From contig JBNKBE010000016.1 of NCBI GenBank assembly GCA_050287085.1, forward strand, positions 1 through 64,000: a stretch of DNA of 64,000 nucleotides, written 5' to 3'. The translations under genes and the position numbers were made by a program. Position 1 is the stretch's first letter. Each line of letters starts with the position of its first letter. Shown here piece after piece: positions 39,045 through 49,327 of the stretch. The notes under the pieces are model-generated. The model worked only from the letters and a program-made list of their open reading frames with translations. It ran no database searches and had not been told where the DNA came from. This stretch comes from Polyangiaceae bacterium (GTDB lineage: Bacteria > Myxococcota_A > Polyangia > Polyangiales > Polyangiaceae).

Positions 39045-39881
39045 ATGTTGGCAATGTGGGTACATCGATGGGTTGGCTCTTGTCCTCAGATGGCGCTTAT
39101 CGGCGCCATCTCGACTCTGTCGCTAGCGTGCGGCAATCAAGACGCTCAGGGTGGCGCTGACGCGGGACAGGACGCGGGACGAATCCAGCAGACGCAAGAT
39201 GCCGGGAAGACGAGCCGCCCTAAGCCAGATGTCGCCGCGCTCGACGGCTCAGACGCGTCGGGGGAGGATGCTGCCCAGAAGGAGACCTCAGAGACCACGC
39301 CTCGGGATGCCGGATCTGACGGAGACTTGAAGCCGACAGACGGGGGCACTGATGCGGACGGAGGCCCAGGCGCCGATGCCGCCAGTGAACCCGCTGAGAC
39401 CGATGCGGGAAGTGGTTCGTCCACGCTTCCCGATATTAGCCTCGGGGGAATTTTGCTCATCGTGAGCGAGAGCACGAGTATGACCTTCCCCGAGGGCGTT
39501 TACCCGCAGCTCAACTACGTAGTGAGTTCTCCTAATACGGGGCGCAGCGTGACCTATCAACCGGCGCCCCTGGAGGCGGCCAGCGGCAGCTCTACCCTGA
39601 CCGCGGCCGTGGGTGACACTCCGAATGACGTCACGGGCGAAGAAAGCTGCGCGGTGCGCCACTTGGAGTTGCGTTATCCCGGCGCTACCGGTCTGTATCA
39701 GCCGGCCAACGCGGATCGCCAGCTGGAATGCACGCTTCAATGGGAGAAGAGAGCGGACGGCCTCTTTGTCGGTTCGTTCAGCGGCAAGTTCTACCGTGTC
39801 GACCTCAAGACCAGTCTGCGCGACGAAGACGAGTGGGTAGACGTGGAGGCGGACTTCGTTTTCGATCCCAAGAAACGTTAG
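39045..39881 (+). CDS. Hypothetical lipoprotein with Asp/Ala/Gly linker
   Basis: AAGGAG RBS before ATG 39045; lipobox SLAC; DAG repeats. Confidence 0.7.
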   Translation: MLAMWVHRWVGSCPQMALIGAISTLSLACGNQDAQGGADAGQDAGRIQQTQDAGKTSRPKPDVAALDGSDASGEDAAQKETSETTPRDAGSDGDLKPTDGGTDADGGPGADAASEPAETDAGSGSSTLPDISLGGILLIVSESTSMTFPEGVYPQLNYVVSSPNTGRSVTYQPAPLEAASGSSTLTAAVGDTPNDVTGEESCAVRHLELRYPGATGLYQPANADRQLECTLQWEKRADGLFVGSFSGKFYRVDLKTSLRDEDEWVDVEADFVFDPKKR

Positions 39882-39924
39882 GCCAGCGGCCGCCAGGCGG
39901 CCCGGCTAATACGCGGCCCGGCTC

Positions 39925-40803
39925 CTAGGCGGCCCTGCGTCGCTCGGACGGGGCCGGCGCGAGCGCCAAGCCGACTCCTCCCAGGATTAGCAGGGTGGCA
40001 ATCATGAGGCGAGGCGCCAGGGCTTCCCCCATGAATGCGACGCCGTAGGCGGCTGCCAGAACAGGCACGCTCAGCTGCACGATCGAGGCTTGGGTCGTCG
40101 TCAGCCCCTGAAGGGCGCCATACCAAATGGCGTAGCCGCAGCCAGACGCGAGGGCACCCGAAGCTATGGCGAGTGCCGCTCCGTTTGTGCTCAAGCTTGC
40201 GTCCGCTCCTTGTACGGCGGATACGGCAAGCATCATCGGGGCACAGGTAATGAAGTTATTGGCTGTGCTGGTCAACGGGTCGTCCACGCTCTGGCCATCG
40301 CCGCTCCGTCGCCCGCGCAAGGAATAGAGACCCCACGCTATGCCGGCGGTGGCCATCAGCAGTGAACCGACCCAGGAGGGGGCTGTTACCCCCGGCAAGA
40401 GCAGGTACAAGAGCCCGCCTGCCGCGAGCAGGGTGCCGGCCCACTGCGCTGGTCTTGGGCGCTCGCCGCTTCGCAAGGCGGCTGTGAGCATTGTCAGCTG
40501 CACGCATGCAAATAGCACCAACGCGCCCGTGCCGGTCGTGAGCTCGACGTAGGCGAAGGAAAACGGCGCGACGTACATCCCCAGCGCGAGGGCCGCACCC
40601 AGGTTGGCGCGGAATCGAAAAGAGCGCGAGCGCACTCGCGCCAGGAGCGCCAGTACAGCGGCACCGCTTACAACCCGAAGACTCGAGAAAGTCGCCGGAT
40701 CGAGCTCGCCCTTGCCCAAAGCCAGGCGACACAAGACGGAGTTTGCGGCAAAGGCAACCATGGCCAGCGCGGTCGTGAATAGAACTTTGGGCGCTGCAGC
40801 CAT
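39925..40803 (-). CDS. DMT/EamA family transporter
   Basis: AFAANSVLCRLAL, FSFAY..L.TGTGAL.LF..VQ, GYAIWY, QLSVPV; ~10 TM. Confidence 0.9.
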   Translation of the reverse strand: MAAAPKVLFTTALAMVAFAANSVLCRLALGKGELDPATFSSLRVVSGAAVLALLARVRSRSFRFRANLGAALALGMYVAPFSFAYVELTTGTGALVLFACVQLTMLTAALRSGERPRPAQWAGTLLAAGGLLYLLLPGVTAPSWVGSLLMATAGIAWGLYSLRGRRSGDGQSVDDPLTSTANNFITCAPMMLAVSAVQGADASLSTNGAALAIASGALASGCGYAIWYGALQGLTTTQASIVQLSVPVLAAAYGVAFMGEALAPRLMIATLLILGGVGLALAPAPSERRRAA

Positions 40804-40917
40804 CACCGGGGCGTAGAGCAATTCGTGTGTACCCTCAACCCGACTTCGGAAGGGGTCCGCACGATTTCGCTGTGCCTCGCGGCGTGAATCGCGAGCGTTC
40901 TTGAGCGCGGCGGGCGT

Positions 40918-42660
40918 CTACAGGGCGTCGATTGTAGCTTCCTGATGGGCTACTACGATGGGGGTTCGGTCAGCGGCCTCATACAGGCTTTGAAAGCGTT
41001 GAACCTCTGGTGTTTCGTACTCGAATAGTTCAGCTGCATAACGTGGTGAAAGCGATTGGTACAGCAGCTTGACAGAGATCTGAAGGGGCGGCTCAGCGCC
41101 GGACACGTCGATCCTGTATCCGACGCTATCGCTTCCCGCCTCGAAGTCATCGTCGCCGTCAACCCCCACCGGTCTCATCCAGGCAATGTCGGGGTGAGAT
41201 AGGGAAAAGCCTTTCGGGAGCAGGCGATTGTCCTTGCCGTAGTGGCTGCCTCGCAGAAGGCTGTAGGTGGGCGCATCTTCGTCGTTGAGCATTACCGATT
41301 CGAGTACATAAACCTCTGGGCTCTTGTCGATCTCGTCCCGGTGCACTTGGAACGGGCCGCCGACGAGTTCGCTGGGCAGAGGGCGCCCCTTGGCGTCGAT
41401 CAGCGTTCCGGACTCATCGAAGGCGCCGGAGTGTAGCAGCGTATTGCCCCGTGCATCTTCAATCCGAGCTTCGAGCCAGGCGCGCCGCGCGGGATGACCC
41501 GTGGGGAATTTGTGACCGGCTAGATTGATGACCTCAACGTCCAAGCGGAGTTCGGTTGTCGTGAGTTCAAGTGTTAAGTTGAGGTCGGCGGTATTGTGTT
41601 GGAGCTGCTCTGTTGCCAGTTGAATCGTTGCATCGAAAGCGGCCCGTGGCGCAGAAACGTCGAGTGCTGCAGCGTTGTCGCGCAAGATGGCAGGTATCAG
41701 CGTGTTGCCCCCAACGAAGATGTGCTGGGCGTACGGTTCTCGCTCGCTCAATCTGGGGAAGTCCATCCCCCCTGGATTGCGTGCCAGGGCGGACTTGATT
41801 GTGATGCCGTCTGCGCTCTCGTGTGGCATGTGACAACTCTGGCAGCTCCGCCCTTGGGCGTTCTTCGTCTCGTCGTTGAACGCGGAGTTCTTCCATTCCA
41901 GATAGGGGGCCTGTTCTGGCAGTACTCCAACCTCCAAGCCATCGACGGAAAGCGCGTGGGTCTGCAAAGTGTGGCACGTAGCACAGAGCGCGGACGCTTG
42001 AACGTGCTTGGCGTCTTCCGGTGTGAAGCCGGAAAATCGTTGCATGGGCATGGCAAACGGGTTCGGATGAGGGCCATAGATTCGGGCCTGGTCGTTGAGT
42101 TGGAATCCGCCGGAGAAGGAGCGTTCCTCGCCCAGATTGTCGCTTTCGATCTGATGGCAGACAGCACACGACACACCGTCGCGAGCTAGCCAACCCGCTT
42201 GGCTAGATTCATCGATTCGCGTCAGATCTGCACCGCTTTCCGACATTGGGGAATGGCAGCGCATACATTTCGCCTCGATGGCTGAGCGAGCGGATGGAAA
42301 CTGCGCCACCTCTGCTGACACCGCGGCGCGCCATAGCGGATCGCGCGCGGCATTGGCCATCATGCTCGAGCGCCACAGATCGAAGAATCCCACTGAACGG
42401 CCTCGATCGTCTCGCATGGCGTCCGCGCCGGCGCTGTTGCTGTGGCACTCAGCGCACACCTCAGAGCTAGCCAACTTGACCTGCGAGGTCGAACGACCAT
42501 TGCCGTCAAGCACTGAAACCGAGCTGGGTGTGGTTCCTGCGGCGTCCCCACCCGGTTTGCGACCCATACAGCCTGGAGCGGCCAGCGCGCCAGCGAGTAC
42601 CGTGGCGGCGACATATTGCGAGTGATATAGGGCCATCTGCATGAGTGAAGCATGGGTCAT
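40918..42660 (-). CDS. Pentaheme c-type cytochrome lipoprotein (c554/c552-like N-terminal heme domain)
   Basis: CAECH, CMRCH, CAVCH, CATCH, CQSCH; W..SMMANAARDP; GHKFPTG; DNRL.P.GF; APGC lipobox-like. Confidence 0.85.
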   Translation of the reverse strand: MTHASLMQMALYHSQYVAATVLAGALAAPGCMGRKPGGDAAGTTPSSVSVLDGNGRSTSQVKLASSEVCAECHSNSAGADAMRDDRGRSVGFFDLWRSSMMANAARDPLWRAAVSAEVAQFPSARSAIEAKCMRCHSPMSESGADLTRIDESSQAGWLARDGVSCAVCHQIESDNLGEERSFSGGFQLNDQARIYGPHPNPFAMPMQRFSGFTPEDAKHVQASALCATCHTLQTHALSVDGLEVGVLPEQAPYLEWKNSAFNDETKNAQGRSCQSCHMPHESADGITIKSALARNPGGMDFPRLSEREPYAQHIFVGGNTLIPAILRDNAAALDVSAPRAAFDATIQLATEQLQHNTADLNLTLELTTTELRLDVEVINLAGHKFPTGHPARRAWLEARIEDARGNTLLHSGAFDESGTLIDAKGRPLPSELVGGPFQVHRDEIDKSPEVYVLESVMLNDEDAPTYSLLRGSHYGKDNRLLPKGFSLSHPDIAWMRPVGVDGDDDFEAGSDSVGYRIDVSGAEPPLQISVKLLYQSLSPRYAAELFEYETPEVQRFQSLYEAADRTPIVVAHQEATIDAL

Positions 42661-42786
42661 GCCAGAGGCCTTTCGGTGTCATTGCCTGCCCCCGGGACCC
42701 CGTATCTTTCCCGGTCGCAACGACTTGCAACAGCTCCGTGCAACGCTTGGGGGGCTGGGACTTGTTGTTGCGTCGAGGTACTGCTC

Positions 42787-43641
42787 ATGACGACCCGTGG
42801 GGCGAAAGGCTTGTGTACTGACCCGACGGCGCGGTTTGTGGCCAGTGCGGTCGTTCTGATGGTGACCGTGCTCGCCCGCGTAGCTTCGGCAGAGCAGGAG
42901 AGCGACGGCGTGATGGCGGAGCGGAGCCGGCTCTTGCCAAACTATCGCCTCGGAGCGTGGCTGGGCCCGGATCACCTTCAGCTTCGGGAGGATCTGCTTC
43001 GCCCGTGGGTGTGGTCGGGCGGCGGCGTTCAGTTGGGGTTCAACCTTGTTCGGAGTAGCGCGGAGGCTCGTCAGTCCCTCGACCTTCTCTTGGGTGCGGA
43101 CGTCGTGAGCAATCGCTACGACCATCTGGGAGCGGCGATTGCCTATGGCGCGTCGGTGGCTTCACTACATCGAGTATTGAGTCGGGGCTCCCTTGGTCTT
43201 TGGCTGGGGGGAACCTACCGCTTCGAGACGCTGGTGGCTTATTACGCCCAATGGGATGACTCGTTCATGTATTGGCTTACCAGCCATTCCATCGCCCCGA
43301 CCTGGGGACTTTCCGCGGCGCCGCTGCGGGGTTGGGAACTCTTGGCGACTGTCGAGATCCCTCTCGTCGGTGTGCTCTCTCGGCCACCCACCGCGCGCGA
43401 CAACAAGGCGGACCCCTTGACGTACCCGCAGCATTGGCCAGCGTATACGCATCGTGAGCTGAGATGGTCCCACCCTGGCAATTGGTTTGCTCCCACGGCC
43501 GCCCTCACGTTGTCTCGCGAAAGCCGAGGCCCATGGACGTGGTCCTTGCGAGCTTCTGCTAGCTACCGCTTCTCGCCCATTCCGCGAGGGGTATGGGCTC
43601 TCCGCAATACTCTGAGCGTGGAGTTGAGTCGTGAACTCTAG
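42787..43641 (+). CDS. Hypothetical exported protein (possible outer-membrane beta-barrel)
   Basis: Signal peptide-like N-terminus and aromatic-rich amphipathic strands; overlaps the next gene. Confidence 0.55.
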   Translation: MTTRGAKGLCTDPTARFVASAVVLMVTVLARVASAEQESDGVMAERSRLLPNYRLGAWLGPDHLQLREDLLRPWVWSGGGVQLGFNLVRSSAEARQSLDLLLGADVVSNRYDHLGAAIAYGASVASLHRVLSRGSLGLWLGGTYRFETLVAYYAQWDDSFMYWLTSHSIAPTWGLSAAPLRGWELLATVEIPLVGVLSRPPTARDNKADPLTYPQHWPAYTHRELRWSHPGNWFAPTAALTLSRESRGPWTWSLRASASYRFSPIPRGVWALRNTLSVELSREL

Positions 43642-44752
43642 TCGCTTTGCATCGCGTCGTCGGTGGCTACGCGCGACGGCGGCGGCGTGTGGCGCTACGG
43701 TCGTGGGGTGTCTGCGTGAAGGCCGGCTCAAGCGCCCTATTGAATACACGCCCAAGCAGCGACCGGACTGGCCCGTCGCCGCGGCTGAGGCGGTTGGTCT
43801 GACTGCGACGGATCTGCGACGCGCCTACGAGTTTGTATTTGATCCGGAGCAGGTTCTCAACATTCGCAGCTTGTTGGTTGCCAGACGTGGTCGCCTCGTT
43901 GCGGAGGGATACGTAGCGGACGCCCATGACATCGACCGTCTGGGGGCGTTGATGTCGGCCACCAAGAGCTTTACGTCGGTGCTCGCCGCCATCGCGATTG
44001 AAGAAAAGCTCTTGCCGTCGCTCGACGTGCGGGTGGGCGACGTCTTCTCGGAGCTCCGCGCATCCCGTCGCTACGCCGACCTCACGCTGCGTGACGCCCT
44101 GACGATGCGCGCGGGGATTGACTACGCGAACGAAGACTTCTCGCTAGACATGGAGTGGGGTGACCATGCCGATTCGGTTGCCTTCTTGTTGTCCAAGCCC
44201 AAAGCGGCGCCTCCCGGTCGTGTGTTTCACTACACCGATGCAAGTCTTCATCTTGCCGGCGCGATCGTGGCGCAGCACGTCGGGATGCCACTCGAGCGCT
44301 TCGCGAGTCGTGTTCTATTCACACCGCTGGGCATTGAGCGCTATCGCTGGCTCAAGCATTCAGATGGGCGCAACTACGGTGCATACGGGCTGTTCCTGAC
44401 GCCGCGCGCGTTTCTGCGCTTCGGTCAGGCCATGTTGGACGCGCTAGCTGAACAAGAGGCGGATATCCCAAGTCGCCCCCGAATCGTCGGTCGAGACCGA
44501 CTACTACCAGCTGTTTCATTTCAAGTAGAGCCTGATTTCGGTGATGGCTTCGGCTACGGCCTTGCTTGGTGGATCACGCCGGAGCGAGACGGCTTCTGTG
44601 CATGGGGTCACGGCGGACAGATGTGTCTATGTCTGCCGGATGAACAGCTCGTCATTGTCGTCACTGCAGAGCCCAATTCCGACGAAGGTTCAGTCTCCGT
44701 CAGTGGTCATGAGCTGTTGCATATCAAACGTCTGCTGCTAGGTCGCGACTGA
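43631..44752 (+). CDS. Serine hydrolase, beta-lactamase class C-like
   Basis: SATKS (SxxK), LTMRAG, PG..FHY, GYG..WW, GHGGQ; Tat-like SRRRWL. Confidence 0.88.
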   Translation: MNSSRFASRRRWLRATAAACGATVVGCLREGRLKRPIEYTPKQRPDWPVAAAEAVGLTATDLRRAYEFVFDPEQVLNIRSLLVARRGRLVAEGYVADAHDIDRLGALMSATKSFTSVLAAIAIEEKLLPSLDVRVGDVFSELRASRRYADLTLRDALTMRAGIDYANEDFSLDMEWGDHADSVAFLLSKPKAAPPGRVFHYTDASLHLAGAIVAQHVGMPLERFASRVLFTPLGIERYRWLKHSDGRNYGAYGLFLTPRAFLRFGQAMLDALAEQEADIPSRPRIVGRDRLLPAVSFQVEPDFGDGFGYGLAWWITPERDGFCAWGHGGQMCLCLPDEQLVIVVTAEPNSDEGSVSVSGHELLHIKRLLLGRD

Positions 44753-44884
44753 CTCTCGGTCTTGGGTGCTCTTCGACGCCTAGTCCGAGCCCGTGGGGGG
44801 CGCATTCGGCGGCGCTGGGCCTGTTCATGAAGCGCCGGAGTCCGTCGTGCTTGCCGGGTCAGGCGCGCGCCCGACTATGCCGGC

Positions 44885-44940
44885 CAACCTTGATGGATAG
44901 TCGCTCCGGAACTACCCCACCGGGCTTTGCCAAGTCCTCG
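44885..44940 (-). repeat. 56-bp dispersed repeat, copy 2
   Basis: Reverse complement matches 36188-36243 with 5 mismatches. Confidence 0.85.
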
Positions 44941-45107
44941 GCGACAAGGTGCTTTCGCGTTGGAACCGGCCCCCCAAAATCGAACCCCCTCCCACCGGCC
45001 GAACCCCAAACCGCGGGGAGTGAGCAAGCTCGCTCTCCGCACCTCCGATCAAAGCTTCCTGCCATGTGAAGGTATCGACCTGTGCACCAGAGGTGCTATG
45101 GAATTGC

Positions 45108-45689
45108 ATGGCTTTGGTGTTCGCGTACGGAAGTCTTGTCAATGCGAAGAGCCGCGCGCGAACGTTGCACCCGAGCGCAGCGGTGCCGGCGTGCGTGCGT
45201 GGGGTAAGGCGCAGCTGGTGCGTGCGAGCATCGGACATCGGCGCGACCAGCCTTGGGCTCACGTTGGAACCGAACAGCTGGTGCAATGGGGTGTTGCTCT
45301 CAGTAGCCACCGCGGAGCTCTCAGCATTGGACGAGCGAGAGCGACAGTACCAGCGCGTTGCTCTTGATGTAGGCTGCATCGACGCCGAAAGACCGCTGTG
45401 TGGCAGCGAGCGCGTGTTGACCTATGTTGCGAACGAAGTGATCGCGCCGGACGATGAGCATCCAATTCTGCAATCTTATCTTGATGTCGCACTCAGCGGA
45501 TTTCTCGATATTGGGGTGCGAGCCGCCGCCGAGTTCGTCGCTCAGACGGAAGGCTGGCGGGGGGCGTGGCTAGACGATCGCGTGGCGCCTCGCTATCCGA
45601 TTCAGGAATCTTCGCATCCGAGCGTTGTTCTCGACGCCTTGCTGCAGCGCTGTTTGGGAGGCGGGCTCTCGTGCAGAGCTCGAACATAG
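45108..45689 (+). CDS. Gamma-glutamylcyclotransferase-like protein
   Basis: VFAYGSL, CNGVL, LDERE..Y, ILQSYLDV.L.G. Confidence 0.8.
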   Translation: MALVFAYGSLVNAKSRARTLHPSAAVPACVRGVRRSWCVRASDIGATSLGLTLEPNSWCNGVLLSVATAELSALDERERQYQRVALDVGCIDAERPLCGSERVLTYVANEVIAPDDEHPILQSYLDVALSGFLDIGVRAAAEFVAQTEGWRGAWLDDRVAPRYPIQESSHPSVVLDALLQRCLGGGLSCRART

Positions 45690-46638
45690 GCCTGTGGAGA
45701 CAGTTCCGGTTACGGTCATTACGGGTTTTCTCGGGGCGGGAAAGTCGACGCTGGTTCAGGCCTGGCTCCAAGAACTCCCGGCGGGTGAGGTGGCGGTGAT
45801 CGTCAACGAACGTGGTGAAGTGGGTATCGACGGCGAGCTGCTTGCGACTCATGTGGCGCGCCTCCGTGAGATCACCGGTGCCTGCGTATGTTGCGCCGGT
45901 CAGGCTGAGCTTGTCCGCGCTCTCGATGACTTCAGTCGGACGGAGCCTCAGCCCCGTCGGATTATCGTGGAAACCTCGGGCGCCGCCTCGCCCGCAGGCG
46001 TCCTGGGGGGGCTTGCGGCGCTCAGAAAGCACAAACGGCTGTCGCTTGATGGCGTTGTTACGGTTGTTGACGCGACCCGCGTCGAGACGGCACTCGCCTT
46101 CGACGTAGGTATCGAGCAGCTGGGATTCGCGGACGTGGTAGTCATGTCTCATGCCGAGCAGGTGGCAAGTCACGAGGCTTTCGCCACGCTGCAGGGCAGG
46201 TTGAAGCGCCATGCTCCGGCAGCGGTATTTACGGAGATCCGCTACGGTCGAGGCGTGCGGCGTTTGGAGGAGCTTCTAGCAGCTCGACTGGAGACGCTAC
46301 ATCTGGTGCCCAGTCGTCCGCAGCACGGGGCGATCGAGGCGGTGACTCTGGTCGCAGAAGGGGCGCTTGATGAAGAGCGGTTCATCACCTGGGTCGAGGG
46401 CACGCTCGGGGACGTCGAGGCGCGGCTCCTGCGTGTCAAGGGGATCATCGCGATCGCGGGGCTCGAGGCGCGTCTTGTGATCCAAGGGGTTGGAGGGGCG
46501 ATTGATGTTCAGGTGGGGGCTCCCTGGTTGGGGACAGCCCCCAGCAGCAAGATGGTAGTGCTTGGTCTCGGTCTCGATGCGGCCGAGCTTGAGAAGGGGT
46601 TTTTGGCGTGTTGTATCGCCCCAACGCTCGAAGCGTGA
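45625..46638 (+). CDS. COG0523 (CobW/ZigA-like) GTPase metallochaperone
   Basis: TGFLGAGKST, NERGEVGID, CVCC, ETSG, CobW_C LLRVKG. True start probably nearer 45694. Confidence 0.9.
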   Translation: MFSTPCCSAVWEAGSRAELEHRPVETVPVTVITGFLGAGKSTLVQAWLQELPAGEVAVIVNERGEVGIDGELLATHVARLREITGACVCCAGQAELVRALDDFSRTEPQPRRIIVETSGAASPAGVLGGLAALRKHKRLSLDGVVTVVDATRVETALAFDVGIEQLGFADVVVMSHAEQVASHEAFATLQGRLKRHAPAAVFTEIRYGRGVRRLEELLAARLETLHLVPSRPQHGAIEAVTLVAEGALDEERFITWVEGTLGDVEARLLRVKGIIAIAGLEARLVIQGVGGAIDVQVGAPWLGTAPSSKMVVLGLGLDAAELEKGFLACCIAPTLEA

Positions 46639-46897
46639 ATGAGGCGGACTGGCTCCGACAGTTTTCAGCCGAGCTGAGTCATCTCCCGTTGGGGCAGGTG
46701 TGCGAGTCGCGGGGGGCGGGTGGTGAAACGCCGCAAACCGAAGCCCGTTCCGCCTTGGTGCGAGTACGGCCGGCGAGTCGTTGACGGCGGGCGGAATTCC
46801 AGGAAAAGCAGATTGCCAACCAGTGGGCTGGAAGCCCTGCAGGCGTTGCGGAAGACTGTCCGACGGTCAGCCTCGGATGTAGGGTAGTGTAGCTCAT

Positions 46898-48691
46898 ATG
46901 CGTCGCCAATTCGGAGCTTCGTCTTTCGCGTCCCTAGCGATGGGGATCGCGAGTGCTTTGACGACGGTTTTTGGTTGCACCACCTACGACGAGAACTTGC
47001 TGGCTTCCACGTCGCGGCGTCGAGACAGCTCGGAAGCTGCGTCCCGTGATGCGAGCGTTGGAGACGCTGAGGGGCCCCAACGGGATGCCGGCGCGGCTCC
47101 GGGTGATGACGTTGGCGATCCGGACAAGGTATCTGATTCCGGCGCTTCGGGAAGCGGCGCGGGTGGGAGCGCGGGATCGTCCGGTGACGGAGGGGGCGCT
47201 TCGGGAAGCGACGCTGGCGAAAGCGCGGGCTCGTCCGGCGAAGGCGGTGAAGGGGGCGCGTCGGGAAGCGACGCTGGCGGAAGCGCGGGCTCGTCCGGCA
47301 CTGATCCTGAGGAGCCTCCGACGGGGGTACTTCTCAACGGAGTTCAGTGGGCTGATGCGATGGGCAATCCCATTCATGCGCACGGCGGCAGTGTGCTGAG
47401 GGAGGGCGACTTCTACTATTGGTTTGGGGAGAAGCGCACAGACAACAACAGGTTTCTGGCAATATCTGCATACCGTTCCAGCGACCTGATGCACTGGGAA
47501 TTCGTCAATGACGTCCTAGTGCCCACGGCGGACCCAGAGCTGGCGTCTGCCAATGTGGAGAGGCCGCGTGTTGTCTACAACGAAGCGACACAGCGCTACG
47601 TCATGTGGATGCATTGGGAGAACGGCGATGACTACACCGAGGCCCGCGCCGCGGTCGCTAGCTCTTCCGAAATCGCCGGGAACTACGTCTACCATGGCAG
47701 CTTGCGTCCGCTAGCAGACACGGGCGTCACGGAGTTGGGTAAGCCCGGTTATATGTCGCGGGACTGCGCGCTATTCATTGACGACGATGGCACCGGTTAC
47801 TTCATGTCGGCCGCCAACGACAATCGCGATCTCAATCTATATCAGTTGAGCTCCGACTATCTTGAAATTGAAGAGCTGACTGCGCAGTTGTCCAAAGGTG
47901 TCTTGCGCGAAGCGCCCGTCCTGTTCAAGCGCAAGGGGCGCTATTTCTTGCTGATGTCAGGCACAACCGGCTGGTCCCCGAATCAGTCGGAGTACGCGTC
48001 GAGTGAGGAGTTAACCCAGGGTTGGTCGTCGTTTGCGCCGGTCGCGGACGCCCACACCTACTACTCTCAGCCTACCTTTGTGTTGGCGGTGGGAGAGCGC
48101 AGCGGAAGTGATCTGCTCTATCTTGGCGATCGCTGGGCTGGGGCATGGCAAAAGCCCGTGAACGAGTCAACCTACGTCTGGCAGCCGATCGCTTTCCCCG
48201 ACGATACGACCATGACTTTGACGCAGTCGAGCAGCCTTCGTATCGATGTGTCGGCAGGCACGGCGACAGGTACGACAGCTCCGGTCGTCTTTGTTCACGA
48301 GGCCAGTGGCCTTGCGCTGTCGGTTGAGGGGTCCGTCGATGCGGATGGTGCTAAGCTGAAGCTGTCAGAGGCGGGGTCCGCCACTAAGTTCAACTTGAGC
48401 TACGATGGCGCCGGGTACTTCTATCTGGTGGCCGATGGCGGCACCCGCGTGGTCGACGTGCCCGACGAGTCACTGGCGGCCAACATTCCGCTCCAGCTTT
48501 GGAGGAACAAGCAGGGTGATCACCAACGTTGGCGACCTGTAGACCTGGGGGACGGTCGCTACCAGATCCAGGGCAAGCGGGCCGACTTCCGTATTGGTGT
48601 GGGAGGCGTTCCGGCCGTGGGCGCCGATATTCAGCAACAGGAACCGCTCGCCGGGGACGAACAAGTCTGGCGGATACTACCCGTGCCCTGA
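46898..48691 (+). CDS. GH43 glycoside hydrolase (exo-beta-1,3-galactanase-like) with C-terminal ricin-B lectin; lipoprotein
   Basis: IHAHGG, YYWFGE, ERP.V.YN, SRD..LF.DDDG, REAP, TGWSPN, SQPT, GDRW; QRW/QVW ricin motifs; VFGC lipobox. Confidence 0.88.
   Translation: MRRQFGASSFASLAMGIASALTTVFGCTTYDENLLASTSRRRDSSEAASRDASVGDAEGPQRDAGAAPGDDVGDPDKVSDSGASGSGAGGSAGSSGDGGGASGSDAGESAGSSGEGGEGGASGSDAGGSAGSSGTDPEEPPTGVLLNGVQWADAMGNPIHAHGGSVLREGDFYYWFGEKRTDNNRFLAISAYRSSDLMHWEFVNDVLVPTADPELASANVERPRVVYNEATQRYVMWMHWENGDDYTEARAAVASSSEIAGNYVYHGSLRPLADTGVTELGKPGYMSRDCALFIDDDGTGYFMSAANDNRDLNLYQLSSDYLEIEELTAQLSKGVLREAPVLFKRKGRYFLLMSGTTGWSPNQSEYASSEELTQGWSSFAPVADAHTYYSQPTFVLAVGERSGSDLLYLGDRWAGAWQKPVNESTYVWQPIAFPDDTTMTLTQSSSLRIDVSAGTATGTTAPVVFVHEASGLALSVEGSVDADGAKLKLSEAGSATKFNLSYDGAGYFYLVADGGTRVVDVPDESLAANIPLQLWRNKQGDHQRWRPVDLGDGRYQIQGKRADFRIGVGGVPAVGADIQQQEPLAGDEQVWRILPVP
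47141..47299. repeat. 54-60-bp coding tandem repeat x3 in the GH43 linker (GASGSDAGGSAGSSG)
   Basis: Units start at 47141, 47195 and 47255. Confidence 0.8.
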
Positions 48692-48731
48692 GGGCCCACC
48701 AGCGGGTGCATAGGGCACGGCAGGGACGCGC

Positions 48732-49139
48732 TCAGCGGCTCGCGGTCAACACTTTCGGCGAGAAAGCGATCATGCCGCACAACTGCTTCAGTTGAGGAGC
48801 ATGGTCCAGCACGTCGTCGTACGACCACGCTGCTTCGTTGAGCCACTCGCCCGCGACCTCAACGTCCCAGTAGCTTGCGTCTCCCTTGAGGGGGCAATGC
48901 GTTCGTTTTGCTGTGGGGCGCAGCTGGCTATCGAAGAGCTTGCGTTCGAAGTACACCGATTCTGGATAGGTTGTCTTGTAGGTCTCGCGCAGAACCAGTG
49001 CCTCCGCGCTGGCGCCTTCCACTTTCGCCAGGGCTGCAGGGATTGGGCGCACTTCGCGTACTAGACTCATGAAGTGCGCCGGCTCATTGGGCCGGCGGAT
49101 GAGAGTGGGCGACGGGTCTGTGAGGGGGGATCCTGTCAT
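48732..49139 (-). CDS. DUF427 domain protein
   Basis: L.E....VYF, THCPLKGDASYW, AAWSY, IAF. Start uncertain. Confidence 0.8.
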   Translation of the reverse strand: MTGSPLTDPSPTLIRRPNEPAHFMSLVREVRPIPAALAKVEGASAEALVLRETYKTTYPESVYFERKLFDSQLRPTAKRTHCPLKGDASYWDVEVAGEWLNEAAWSYDDVLDHAPQLKQLCGMIAFSPKVLTASR

Positions 49140-49327
49140 GGGGCTCCGGTTGGACTTGTTCGGCGAGGTGGTACGACTTTCGGACGGCTTGTCATGCTGG
49201 CAAGCTATCGGGATGTAGTCCACTCGCCCTCCGAGACAAGCCCCAGAGCGGGCGATTTGGCAGTGGACCGCCGCGTTCGCGCTGGGGCCGCGACGGCGGT
49301 GGGGTGCGCGGGGTGAGCCTGCTGCCT

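Noticed and set aside
44960..45025. GGTTCGA T-loop-like sequence on the minus strand and a CCGCGGGG CRISPR-like word
   Set aside because: No cloverleaf stems and no repeat array.
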